Assembly: GCF_009914755.1 (NCBI RefSeq)
Contig: NC_060937.1
Length of the DNA: 64,000 nt
Direction: 5' to 3' (one strand)
Source: the human T2T-CHM13v2.0 reference genome, Homo sapiens
Shown in pieces: positions 51,629 to 63,868 of the stretch. A program made the position numbers and the translations under genes. The notes beneath the pieces are model-generated. The model searched no databases. It was given only the letters and a program-made list of their open reading frames with translations, and was not told the origin of the DNA. Every line of letters starts with the position of its first letter. The stretch's first letter is position 1.

Positions 51629-54600
51629 GTGTTTCAAACCTGCTCTATGAAAGGGAATCTTCAACTCTATGAGTTGAATGCAGACATCAGAAAGAAATTT
51701 CTGAGAATGCTGCTGTCTACCTTTTATTTGAATTCCCGCTTCCAACGAAATCCTCCAAGCTATCCAAATATCCACTTGCAGATTCCACAAAAAGAGTGTT
51801 TCAAAACTGCTCTCTATCAATGGCAAAGTTCAACTCTGTTAGTTGAGGACACATATCACCAACAAGTTTCTGAGAATGCTTCTGTCTATTTTTTATGGGA
51901 AGATATTTCCTTTTTCACCGTAGGCGTCAAGGCGATCGAAATGTCCACTTCCACAAACTACAAAAAGAGTGTTTCAAACCTGCTCTATGAAAGGCCATGT
52001 TCATCTCTATGAGTCGAATGGAAATATCCGAAAGAAATTTCTGGGAATGCTGCTGTCTAGTTTTTATACGAATTCCCGCTTCCAACGAAATCCTCAAAGC
52101 AATCCAAATATCCACTTGCAGAATCCACAAAAAGAGTGTTTCAAAACTGCTCTATCAATAGAAAGGTTCAACTCTTTTAGTTGAGTACACACATCACAAA
52201 CAAGTTTCTGAGAATGCTTCTGTCTGGCTTTTATTGGAAGACGTTTCCTTTTCACCAAAGGCATCAAAGCGCTCCAAATGTCCACTTCCAGATTCTTCCA
52301 AAAGAGTGTTTGAAACGTGCTCAAAGTAAGGGAATGTTCAACTCTGTGACTTGAATGCAGATATCACCAAGTAGTTTCTAATAGTGCTTCTGTCTAGATT
52401 TTAGATGATGATATTCCCGTTTCCAACGAAATCGTTAGAGCTATCCAAATATCCACTTACAGTTTCTACAAAAAGAGTGTTTCCAAACTGCTGCATCAAA
52501 AGAAAGGTTCAACTCTGTTAGTTGAGGACACACATCACAAAGAAGTTTGTGAGAATGCTTCTGTCTATATTTTGTATGACCATATTCCCTTTTCCAGCGA
52601 TATCATTAAAGCAATCTAAATATCCATTTGCAGAATCCACAAAAATAGAGTTTCAAAGCTGCTCTGTAAAAAGAAAGGTTCCACTCTGTTAGCTGAGTAC
52701 ACACATCACAAACTTGTTTCTCAGAATCCTTCTGTCTCGTTTTTATGGGAAGATATTTACTTTTTCACCGTAGGCATCAAAGCGCTCCAAATGTACACAT
52801 CCAGATACTCCAGAAAGAGTGTTTCAAACCTGCTCTATGAAAGGGAATCTTCAACTCTATGAGTTGAATGCAGACATCAGAAAGAAATTTCTGAGAATGC
52901 TGCTGTCTACCTTTTATTTGAATTCCCGCTTCCAACGAAATCCTCCAAGCTATCCAAATATCCACCTGCATTTTCCACAAAAAGAGCGTTTCAAAACTGC
53001 TCTATCAATAGAAATGTTCAACTCCTTTGGCTGGGTACACACATCACAAACAAGTTTCTGAGAATGCTTCTGTCTAGTTTTTATGGGAAGACATTCCCTT
53101 TTTCACCAAAGGCATCAAAGCGCTCCAAATGTCCACTTCCAGACACTACAAAAAGAGTGTTTCCAACGTGCTCTAAGAAAGCGAATGTTCAACTCTGTGA
53201 CTTGAATGCAGATATCACAAAGTAGTTTCTGAGAGGGCTTCTGTCTAGATTTTAGATGATGATATTCCCGTTTCCAACGAAATCATTAGAGCTATCCAAA
53301 TATCCACTTACAGTTTCTACAAAAAGAGTGTTTCCAAACTGCTGCATCAAAAGAGAGGTTCCACTCTGTTAGCTGAGTACACACATCACAAACTTGTTTC
53401 TCAGAATCCTTCTGTCTCGTTTTTCTGGGAAGATATTTACTTTTTCACCGTAGGCATCAAAGCGCTCCAAATGTCCACATCCAGATACTCCAGAAAGAGT
53501 GTTTCAAACCTGCTCTATGAAAGGGAATCTTCAACTCTATGAGTTGAATGCAGACATCAGAAAGAAATTTCTGAGAATGCTGCTGTCTACCTTTTATTTG
53601 AATTCCCGCTTCCAACGAAATCCTCCAAGCTATCCAAATATCCACTTGCAGATTCCACAAAAAGAGTGTTTCAAAACTGCTCTCTATCAATGGCAAAGTT
53701 CAACTCTGTTAGTTGAGGACACATATCACCAACAAGTTTCTGAGAATGCTTCTGTCTATTTTTTATGGGAAGATATTTCCTTTTTCACCGTAGGCGTCAA
53801 GGCGATCGAAATGTCCACTTCCACAAACTACAAAAAGAGTGTTTCAAACCTGCTCTATGAAAGGCCATGTTCATCTCTATGAGTCGAATGGAAATATCCG
53901 AAAGAAATTTCTGGGAATGCTGCTGTCTAGTTTTTATACGAATTCCCGCTTCCAACGAAATCCTCAAAGCAATCCAAATATCCACTTGCAGAATCCACAA
54001 AAAGAGTGTTTCAAAACTGCTCTATCAATAGAAAGGTTCAACTCTTTTAGTTGAGTACACACATCACAAACAAGTTTCTGAGAATGCTTCTGTCTGGCTT
54101 TTATTGGAAGACGTTTCCTTTTCACCAAAGGCATCAAAGCGCTCCAAATGTCCACTTCCAGATTCTTCCAAAAGAGTGTTTGAAACGTGCTCAAAGTAAG
54201 GGAATGTTCAACTCTGTGACTTGAATGCAGATATCACCAAGTAGTTTCTAATAGTGCTTCTGTCTAGATTTTAGATGATGATATTCCCGTTTCCAACGAA
54301 ATCGTTAGAGCTATCCAAATATCCACTTACAGTTTCTACAAAAAGAGTGTTTCCAAACTGCTGCATCAAAAGAAAGGTTCAACTCTGTTAGTTGAGGACA
54401 CACATCACAAAGAAGTTTGTGAGAATGCTTCTGTCTAGATTTTGTATGACCATATTCCCTTTTCCAGCGATATCATTAAAGCAATCTAAATATCCATTTG
54501 CAGAATCCACAAAAATAGAGTTTCAAAGCTGCTCTGTAAAAAGAAAGGTTCCACTCTGTTAGCTGAGTACACACATCACAAACTTGTTTCTCAGAATCCT

Positions 54601-57600
54601 TCTGTCTCGTTTTTATGGGAAGATATTTACTTTTTCACCGTAGGCATCAAAGCGCTCCAAATGTCCACATCCAGATACTCCAGAAAGAGTGTTTCAAACC
54701 TGCTCTATGAAAGGGAATCTTCAACTCTATGAGTTGAATGCAGACATCAGAAAGAAATTTCTGAGAATGCTGCTGTCTACCTTTTATTTGAATTCCCGCT
54801 TCCAACGAAATCCTCCAAGCTATCCAAATATCCACCTGCATTTTCCACAAAAAGAGCGTTTCAAAACTGCTCTATCAATAGAAATGTTCAACTCCTTTGG
54901 CTGGGTACACACATCACAAACAAGTTTCTGAGAATGCTTCTGTCTAGTTTTTATGGGAAGACATTCCCTTTTTCACCAAAGGCATCAAAGCGCTCCAAAT
55001 GTCTACTTCCAGACACTACAAAAAGAGTGTTTCCAACGTGCTCTAAGAAAGCGAATGTTCAACTCTGTGACTTGAATGCAGATATCACAAAGTAGTTTCT
55101 GAGAGGGCTTCTGTCTAGATTTTAGATGATGATATTCCCGTTTCCAACGAAATCATTAGAGCTATCCAAATATCCACTTACAGTTTCTACAAAAAGAGTG
55201 TTTCCAAACTGCTGCATCAAAAGAGAGGTTCCACTCTGTTAGCTGAGTACACACATCACAAACTTGTTTCTCAGAATCCTTCTGTCTCGTTTTTCTGGGA
55301 AGATATTTACTTTTTCACCGTAGGCATCAAAGCGCTCCAAATGTCCACATCCAGATACTCCAGAAAGAGTGTTTCAAACCTGCTCTATGAAAGGGAATCT
55401 TCAACTCTATGAGTTGAATGCAGACATCAGAAAGAAATTTCTGAGAATGCTGCTGTCTACCTTTTATTTGAATTCCCGCTTCCAACGAAATCCTCCAAGC
55501 TATCCAAATATCCACTTGCAGATTCCACAAAAAGAGTGTTTCAAAACTGCTCTCTATCAATGGCAAAGTTCAACTCTGTTAGTTGAGGACACATATCACC
55601 AACAAGTTTCTGAGAATGCTTCTGTCTATTTTTTATGGGAAGATATTTCCTTTTTCACCGTAGGCGTCAAGGCGATCGAAATGTCCACTTCCACAAACTA
55701 CAAAAAGAGTGTTTCAAACCTGCTCTATGAAAGGCCATGTTCATCTCTATGAGTCGAATGGAAATATCCGAAAGAAATTTCTGGGAATGCTGCTGTCTAG
55801 TTTTTATACGAATTCCCGCTTCCAACGAAATCCTCAAAGCAATCCAAATATCCACTTGCAGAATCCACAAAAAGAGTGTTTCAAAACTGCTCTATCAATA
55901 GAAAGGTTCAACTCTTTTAGTTGAGTACACACATCACAAACAAGTTTCTGAGAATGCTTCTGTCTGGCTTTTATTGGAAGACGTTTCCTTTTCACCAAAG
56001 GCATCAAAGCGCTCCAAATGTCCACTTCCAGATTCTTCCAAAAGAGTGTTTGAAACGTGCTCAAAGTAAGGGAATGTTCAACTCTGTGACTTGAATGCAG
56101 ATATCACCAAGTAGTTTCTAATAGTGCTTCTGTCTAGATTTTAGATGATGATATTCCCGTTTCCAACGAAATCGTTAGAGCTATCCAAATATCCACTTAC
56201 AGTTGCTACAAAAACAGTGTTTCCAAACTGCTGCATCAAAAGAAAGGTTCAACTCTGTTAGTTGAGGACACACATCACAAAGAAGTTTGTGAGAATGCTT
56301 CTGTCTAGATTTTGTATGACCATATTCCCTTTTCCAGCGATATCATTAAAGCAATCTAAATATCCATTTGCAGAATCCACAAAAATAGAGTTTCAAAGCT
56401 GCTCTGTAAAAAGAAAGGTTCCACTCTGTTAGCTGAGTACACACATCACAAACTTGTTTCTCAGAATCCTTCTGTCTCGTTTTTCTGGGAAGATATTTAC
56501 TTTTTCACCGTAGGCATCAAAGCGCTCCAAATGTCCACATCCAGATACTCCAGAAAGAGTGTTTCAAACCTGCTCTATGAAAGGGAATCTTCAACTCTAT
56601 GAGTTGAATGCAGACATCAGAAAGAAATTTCTGAGAATGCTGCTGTCTACCTTTTATTTGAATTCCCGCTTCCAACGAAATCCTCCAAGCTATCCAAATA
56701 TCCACCTGCATTTTCCACAAAAAGAGCGTTTCAAAACTGCTCTATCAATAGAAATGTTCAACTCCTTTGGCTGGGTACACACATCACAAACAAGTTTCTG
56801 AGAATGCTTCTGTCTAGTTTTTATGGGAAGACATTCCCTTTTTCACCAAAGGCATCAAAGCGCTCCAAATGTCCACTTCCAGACACTACAAAAAGAGTGT
56901 TTCCAACGTGCTCTAAGAAAGCGAATGTTCAACTCTGTGACTTGAATGCAGATATCACAAAGTAGTTTCTGAGAGGGCTTCTGTCTAGATTTTAGATGAT
57001 GATATTCCCGTTTCCAACGAAATCATTAGAGCTATCCAAATATCCACTTACAGTTTCTACAAAAAGAGTGTTTCCAAACTGCTGCATCAAAAGAGAGGTT
57101 CCACTCTGTTAGCTGAGTACACACATCACAAACTTGTTTCTCAGAATCCTTCTGTCTCGTTTTTCTGGGAAGATATTTACTTTTTCACCGTAGGCATCAA
57201 AGCGCTCCAAATGTCCACATCCAGATACTCCAGAAAGAGTGTTTCAAACCTGCTCTATGAAAGGGAATCTTCAACTCTATGAGTTGAATGCAGACATCAG
57301 AAAGAAATTTCTGAGAATGCTGCTGTCTACCTTTTATTTGAATTCCCGCTTCCAACGAAATCCTCCAAGCTATCCAAATATCCACTTGCAGATTCCACAA
57401 AAAGAGTGTTTCAAAACTGCTCTCTATCAATGGCAAAGTTCAACTCTGTTAGTTGAGGACACATATCACCAACAAGTTTCTGAGAATGCTTCTGTCTATT
57501 TTTTATGGGAAGATATTTCCTTTTTCACCGTAGGCGTCAAGGCGATCGAAATGTCCACTTCCACAAACTACAAAAAGAGTGTTTCAAACCTGCTCTATGA

Positions 57601-59108
57601 AAGGCCATGTTCATCTCTATGAGTCGAATGGAAATATCCGAAAGAAATTTCTGGGAATGCTGCTGTCTAGTTTTTATACGAATTCCCGCTTCCAACGAAA
57701 TCCTCAAAGCAATCCAAATATCCACTTGCAGAATCCACAAAAAGAGTGTTTCAAAACTGCTCTATCAATAGAAAGGTTCAACTCTTTTAGTTGAGTACAC
57801 ACATCACAAACAAGTTTCTGAGAATGCTTCTGTCTGGCTTTTATTGGAAGACGTTTCCTTTTCACCAAAGGCATCAAAGCGCTCCAAATGTCCACTTCCA
57901 GATTCTTCCAAAAGAGTGTTTGAAACGTGCTCAAAGTAAGGGAATGTTCAACTCTGTGACTTGAATGCAGATATCACCAAGTAGTTTCTAATAGTGCTTC
58001 TGTCTAGATTTTAGATGATGATATTCCCGTTTCCAACGAAATCGTTAGAGCTATCCAAATATCCACTTACAGTTTCTACAAAAAGAGTGTTTCCAAACTG
58101 CTGCATCAAAAGAAAGGTTCAACTCTGTTAGTTGAGGACACACATCACAAAGAAGTTTGTGAGAATGCTTCTGTCTAGATTTTGTATGACCATATTCCCT
58201 TTTCCAGCGATATCATTAAAGCAATCTAAATATCCATTTGCAGAATCCACAAAAATAGAGTTTCAAAGCTGCTCTGTAAAAAGAAAGGTTCCACTCTGTT
58301 AGCTGAGTACACACATCACAAACTTGTTTCTCAGAATCCTTCTGTCTCGTTTTTCTGGGAAGATATTTACTTTTTCACCGTAGGCATCAAAGCGCTCCAA
58401 ATGTCCACATCCAGATACTCCAGAAAGAGTGTTTCAAACCTGCTCTATGAAAGGGAATCTTCAACTCTATGAGTTGAATGCAGACATCAGAAAGAAATTT
58501 CTGAGAATGCTGCTGTCTACCTTTTATTTGAATTCCCGCTTCCAACGAAATCCTCCAAGCTATCCAAATATCCACCTGCATTTTCCACAAAAAGAGCGTT
58601 TCAAAACTGCTCTATCAATAGAAATGTTCAACTCCTTTGGCTGGGTACACACATCACAAACAAGTTTCTGAGAATGCTTCTGTCTAGTTTTTATGGGAAG
58701 ACATTCCCTTTTTCACCAAAGGCATCAAAGCGCTCCAAATGTCCACTTCCAGACACTACAAAAAGTGTGTTTCCAACGTGCTCTAAGAAAGCGAATGTTC
58801 AACTCTGTGACTTGAATGCAGATATCACAAAGTAGTTTCTGAGAGGGCTTCTGTCTAGATTTTAGATGATGATATTCCCGTTTCCAACGAAATCATTAGA
58901 GCTATCCAAATATCCACTTACAGTTTCTACAAAAAGAGTGTTTCCAAACTGCTGCATCAAAAGAGAGGTTCCACTCTGTTAGCTGAGTACACACATCACA
59001 AACTTGTTTCTCAGAATCCTTCTGTCTCGTTTTTCTGGGAAGATATTTACTTTTTCACCGTAGGCATCAAAGCGCTCCAAATGTCCACATCCAGATACTC
59101 CAGAAAGA
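51629..59108 (-). repeat. Run of four consecutive 11-mers (7+4a, 1870-bp period)
   Basis: Anchors at 51629, 53499, 55369 and 57239. Confidence 0.93.
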
Positions 59109-62100
59109 GTGTTTCAAACCTGCTCTATGAAAGGGAATCTTCAACTCTATGAGTTGAATGCAGACATCAGAAAGAAATTTCTGAGAATGCTGCTGTCTAC
59201 CTTTTATTTGAATTCCCGCTTCCAACGAAATCCTCCAAGCTATCCAAATATCCACTTGCAGATTCCACAAAAAGAGTGTTTCAAAACTGCTCTCTATCAA
59301 TGGCAAAGTTCAACTCTGTTAGTTGAGGACACATATCACCAACAAGTTTCTGAGAATGCTTCTGTCTATTTTTTATGGGAAGATATTTCCTTTTTCACCG
59401 TAGGCGTCAAGGCGATCGAAATGTCCACTTCCACAAACTACAAAAAGAGTGTTTCAAACCTGCTCTATGAAAGGCCATGTTCATCTCTATGAGTCGAATG
59501 GAAATATCCGAAAGAAATTTCTGGGAATGCTGCTGTCTAGTTTTTATACGAATTCCCGCTTCCAACGAAATCCTCAAAGCAATCCAAATATCCACTTGCA
59601 GAATCCACAAAAAGAGTGTTTCAAAACTGCTCTATCAATAGAAAGGTTCAACTCTTTTAGTTGAGTACACACATCACAAACAAGTTTCTGAGAATGCTTC
59701 TGTCTGGCTTTTATTGGAAGATGTTTCCTTTTCACCAAAGGCATCAAAGCGCTCCAAATGTCCACTTCCAGATTCTTCCAAAAGAGTGTTTGAAACGTGC
59801 TCAAAGTAAGGGAATGTTCAACTCTGTGACTTGAATGCAGATATCACCAAGTAGTTTCTAATAGTGCTTCTGTCTAGATTTTAGATGATGATATTCCCGT
59901 TTCCAACGAAATCGTTAGAGCTATCCAAATATCCACTTACAGTTGCTACAAAAACAGTGTTTCCAAACTGCTGCATCAAAAGAAAGGTTCAACTCTGTTA
60001 GTTGAGGACACACGTCACAAAGAAGTTTGTGAGAATGCTTCTGTCTAGATTTTGTATGACGATATTCCCTTTTCCAACGATATCATTAAAGCAATCTAAA
60101 TATCCATTTGCAGAATCCACAAAAATAGAGTTTCAAAGCTGCTCTGTAAAAAGAAAGGTTCCACTCTGTTAGCTGAGTACACACATCACAAACTTGTTTC
60201 TCAGAATCCTTCTGTCTCGTTTTTATGGGAAGATATTTACTTTTTCACCGTAGGCATCAAAGCGCTCCAAATGTCCACATCCAGATACTCCAGAAAGAGT
60301 GTTTCAAACCTGCTCTATGAAAGGGAATCTTCAACTCTATGAGTTGAATGCAGACATCAGAAAGAAATTTCTGAGAATGCTGCTGTCTACCTTTTATTTG
60401 AATTCCCGCTTCCAACGAAATCCTCCAAGCTATCCAAATATCCACTTGCAGATTCGACAAAAAGAGTGTTTCAAAACTGCTCTCTATCAATGGCAAAGTT
60501 CAACTCTGTTAGTTGAGGACACATATCACCAACAAGTTTCTGAGAATGCTTCTGTCTATTTTTTATGGGAAGATATTTCCTTTTTCACCGTAGGCGTCAA
60601 GGCGATCGAAATGTCCACTTCCACAAACTACAAAAAGAGTGTTTCAAACCTGCTCTATGAAAGGCCATGTTCATCTCTATGAGTCGAATGGAAATATCCG
60701 AAAGAAATTTCTGGGAATGCTGCTGTCTAGTTTTTATACGAATTCCCGCTTCCAACGAAATCCTCAAAGCAATCCAAATATCCACTTGCAGAATCCACAA
60801 AAAGAGTGTTTCAAAACTGCTCTATCAATAGAAAGGTTCAACTCTTTTAGTTGAGTACACACATCACAAACAAGTTTCTGAGAATGCTTCTGTCTGGCTT
60901 TTATTGGAAGACGTTTCCTTTTCACCAAAGGCATCAAAGCGCTCCAAATGTCCACTTCCAGATTCTTCCAAAAGAGTGTTTGAAACGTGCTCAAAGTAAG
61001 GGAATGTTCAACTCTGTGACTTGAATGCAGATATCACCAAGTAGTTTCTAATAGTGCTTCTGTCTAGATTTTAGATGATGATATTCCCGTTTCCAACGAA
61101 ATCGTTAGAGCTATCCAAATATCCACTTACAGTTGCTACAAAAACAGTGTTTCCAAACTGCTGCATCAAAAGAAAGGTTCAACTCTGTTAGTTGAGGACA
61201 CACGTCACAAAGAAGTTTGTGAGAATGCTTCTGTCTAGATTTTGTATGACGATATTCCCTTTTCCAACGATATCGTTAAAGCAATCTAAATATCCATTTG
61301 CAGAATCCACAAAAATAGAGTTTCAAAGCTGCTCTGTAAAAAGAAAGGTTCCACTCTGTTAGCTGAGTACACACATCACAAACTTGTTTCTCAGAATCCT
61401 TCTGTCTCGTTTTTCTGGGAAGATATTTACTTTTTCACCGTAGGCATCAAAGCGCTCCAAATGTCCACATCCAGATACTCCAGAAAGAGTGTTTCAAACC
61501 TGCTCTATGAAAGGGAATCTTCAACTCTATGAGTTGAATGCAGACATCAGAAAGAAATTTCTGAGAATGCTGCTGTCTACCTTTTATTTGAATTCCCGCT
61601 TCCAACGAAATCCTCCAAGCTATCCAAATATCCACTTGCAGATTCCACAAAAAGAGTGTTTCAAAACTGCTCTCTATCAATGGCAAAGTTCAACTCTGTT
61701 AGTTGAGGACACATATCACCAACAAGTTTCTGAGAATGCTTCTGTCTATTTTTTATGGGAAGATATTTCCTTTTTCACCGTAGGCGTCAAGGCGATCGAA
61801 ATGTCCACTTCCACAAACTACAAAAAGAGTGTTTCAAACCTGCTCTATGAAAGGCCATGTTCATCTCTATGAGTCGAATGGAAATATCCGAAAGAAATTT
61901 CTGGGAATGCTGCTGTCTAGTTTTTATACGAATTCCCGCTTCCAACGAAATCCTCAAAGCAATCCAAATATCCACTTGCAGAATCCACAAAAAGAGTGTT
62001 TCAAAACTGCTCTATCAATAGAAAGGTTCAACTCTTTTAGTTGAGTACACACATCACAAACAAGTTTCTGAGAATGCTTCTGTCTGGCTTTTATTGGAAG

Positions 62101-63868
62101 ACGTTTCCTTTTCACCAAAGGCATCAAAGCGCTCCAAATGTCCACTTCCAGATTCTTCCAAAAGAGTGTTTGAAACGTGCTCAAAGTAAGGGAATGTTCA
62201 ACTCTGTGACTTGAATGCAGATATCACCAAGTAGTTTCTAATAGTGCTTCTGTCTAGATTTTAGATGATGATATTCCCGTTTCCAACGAAATCGTTAGAG
62301 CTATCCAAATATCCACTTACAGTTGCTACAAAAACAGTGTTTCCAAACTGCTGCATCAAAAGAAAGGTTCAACTCTGTTAGTTGAGGACACACGTCACAA
62401 AGAAGTTTGTGAGAATGCTTCTGTCTAGATTTTGTATGACGATATTCCCTTTTCCAACGATATCATTAAAGCAATCTAAATATCCATTTGCAGAATCCAC
62501 AAAAATAGAGTTTCAAAGCTGCTCTGTAAAAAGAAAGGTTCCACTCTGTTAGCTGAGTACACACATCACAAACTTGTTTCTCAGAATCCTTCTGTCTCGT
62601 TTTTATGGGAAGATATTTACTTTTTCACCGTAGGCATCAAAGCGCTCCAAATGTCCACATCCAGATACTCCAGAAAGAGTGTTTCAAACCTGCTCTATGA
62701 AAGGGAATCTTCAACTCTATGAGTTGAATGCAGACATCAGAAAGAAATTTCTGAGAATGCTGCTGTCTACCTTTTATTTGAATTCCCGCTTCCAACGAAA
62801 TCCTCCAAGCTATCCAAATATCCACTTGCAGATTCCACAAAAAGAGTGTTTCAAAACTGCTCTCTATCAATGGCAAAGTTGAACTCTGTTAGTTGAGGAC
62901 ACATATCACCAACAAGTTTCTGAGAATGCTTCTGTCTATTTTTTATGGGAAGATATTTCCTTTTTCACCGTAGGCGTCAAGGCGATCGAAATGTCCACTT
63001 CCACAAACTACAAAAAGAGTGTTTCAAACCTGCTCTATGAAAGGCCATGTTCATCTCTATGAGTCGAATGGAAATATCCGAAAGAAATTTCTGGGAATGC
63101 TGCTGTCTAGTTTTTATACGAATTCCCGCTTCCAACGAAATCCTCAAAGCAATCCAAATATCCACTTGCAGAATCCACAAAAAGAGTGTTTCAAAACTGC
63201 TCTATCAATAGAAAGGTTCAACTCTTTTAGTTGAGTACACACATCACAAACAAGTTTCTGAGAATGCTTCTGTCTGGCTTTTATTGGAAGACGTTTCCTT
63301 TTCACCAAAGGCATCAAAGCGCTCCAAATGTCCACTTCCAGATTCTTCCAAAAGAGTGTTTGAAACGTGCTCAAAGTAAGGGAATGTTCAACTCTGTGAC
63401 TTGAATGCAGATATCACCAAGTAGTTTCTAATAGTGCTTCTGTCTAGATTTTAGATGATGATATTCCCGTTTCCAACGAAATCGTTAGAGCTATCCAAAT
63501 ATCCACTTACAGTTGCTACAAAAACAGTGTTTCCAAACTGCTGCATCAAAAGAAAGGTTCAACTCTGTTAGTTGAGGACACACGTCACAAAGAAGTTTGT
63601 GAGAATGCTTCTGTCTAGATTTTGTATGACGATATTCCCTTTTCCAACGATATCGTTAAAGCAATCTAAATATCCATTTGCAGAATCCACAAAAATAGAG
63701 TTTCAAAGCTGCTCTGTAAAAAGAAAGGTTCCACTCTGTTAGCTGAGTACACACATCACAAACTTGTTTCTCAGAATCCTTCTGTCTCGTTTTTCTGGGA
63801 AGATATTTACTTTTTCACCGTAGGCATCAAAGCGCTCCAAATGTCCACATCCAGATACTCCAGAAAGA
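59109..63868 (-). repeat. Run of four 7-mers organised as two 14-mer (7a'+7a, 2380 bp) dimers
   Basis: GATATCATT (units 59109, 61489) alternates with GATATCGTT (60299, 62679), with matching alternation of the junction allele TTTTAT/TTTTCT. Confidence 0.88.

Noticed and set aside
8-63374. Hundreds of short ORFs (63-127 aa) on both strands, including a recurrent 127-aa ORF
   Set aside because: They are identical translations of satellite repeats, often from non-ATG starts, overlapping in several frames and without recognisable domains. They are made or broken by single SNVs (e.g. the stop created at 62881). Nothing here supports coding function.
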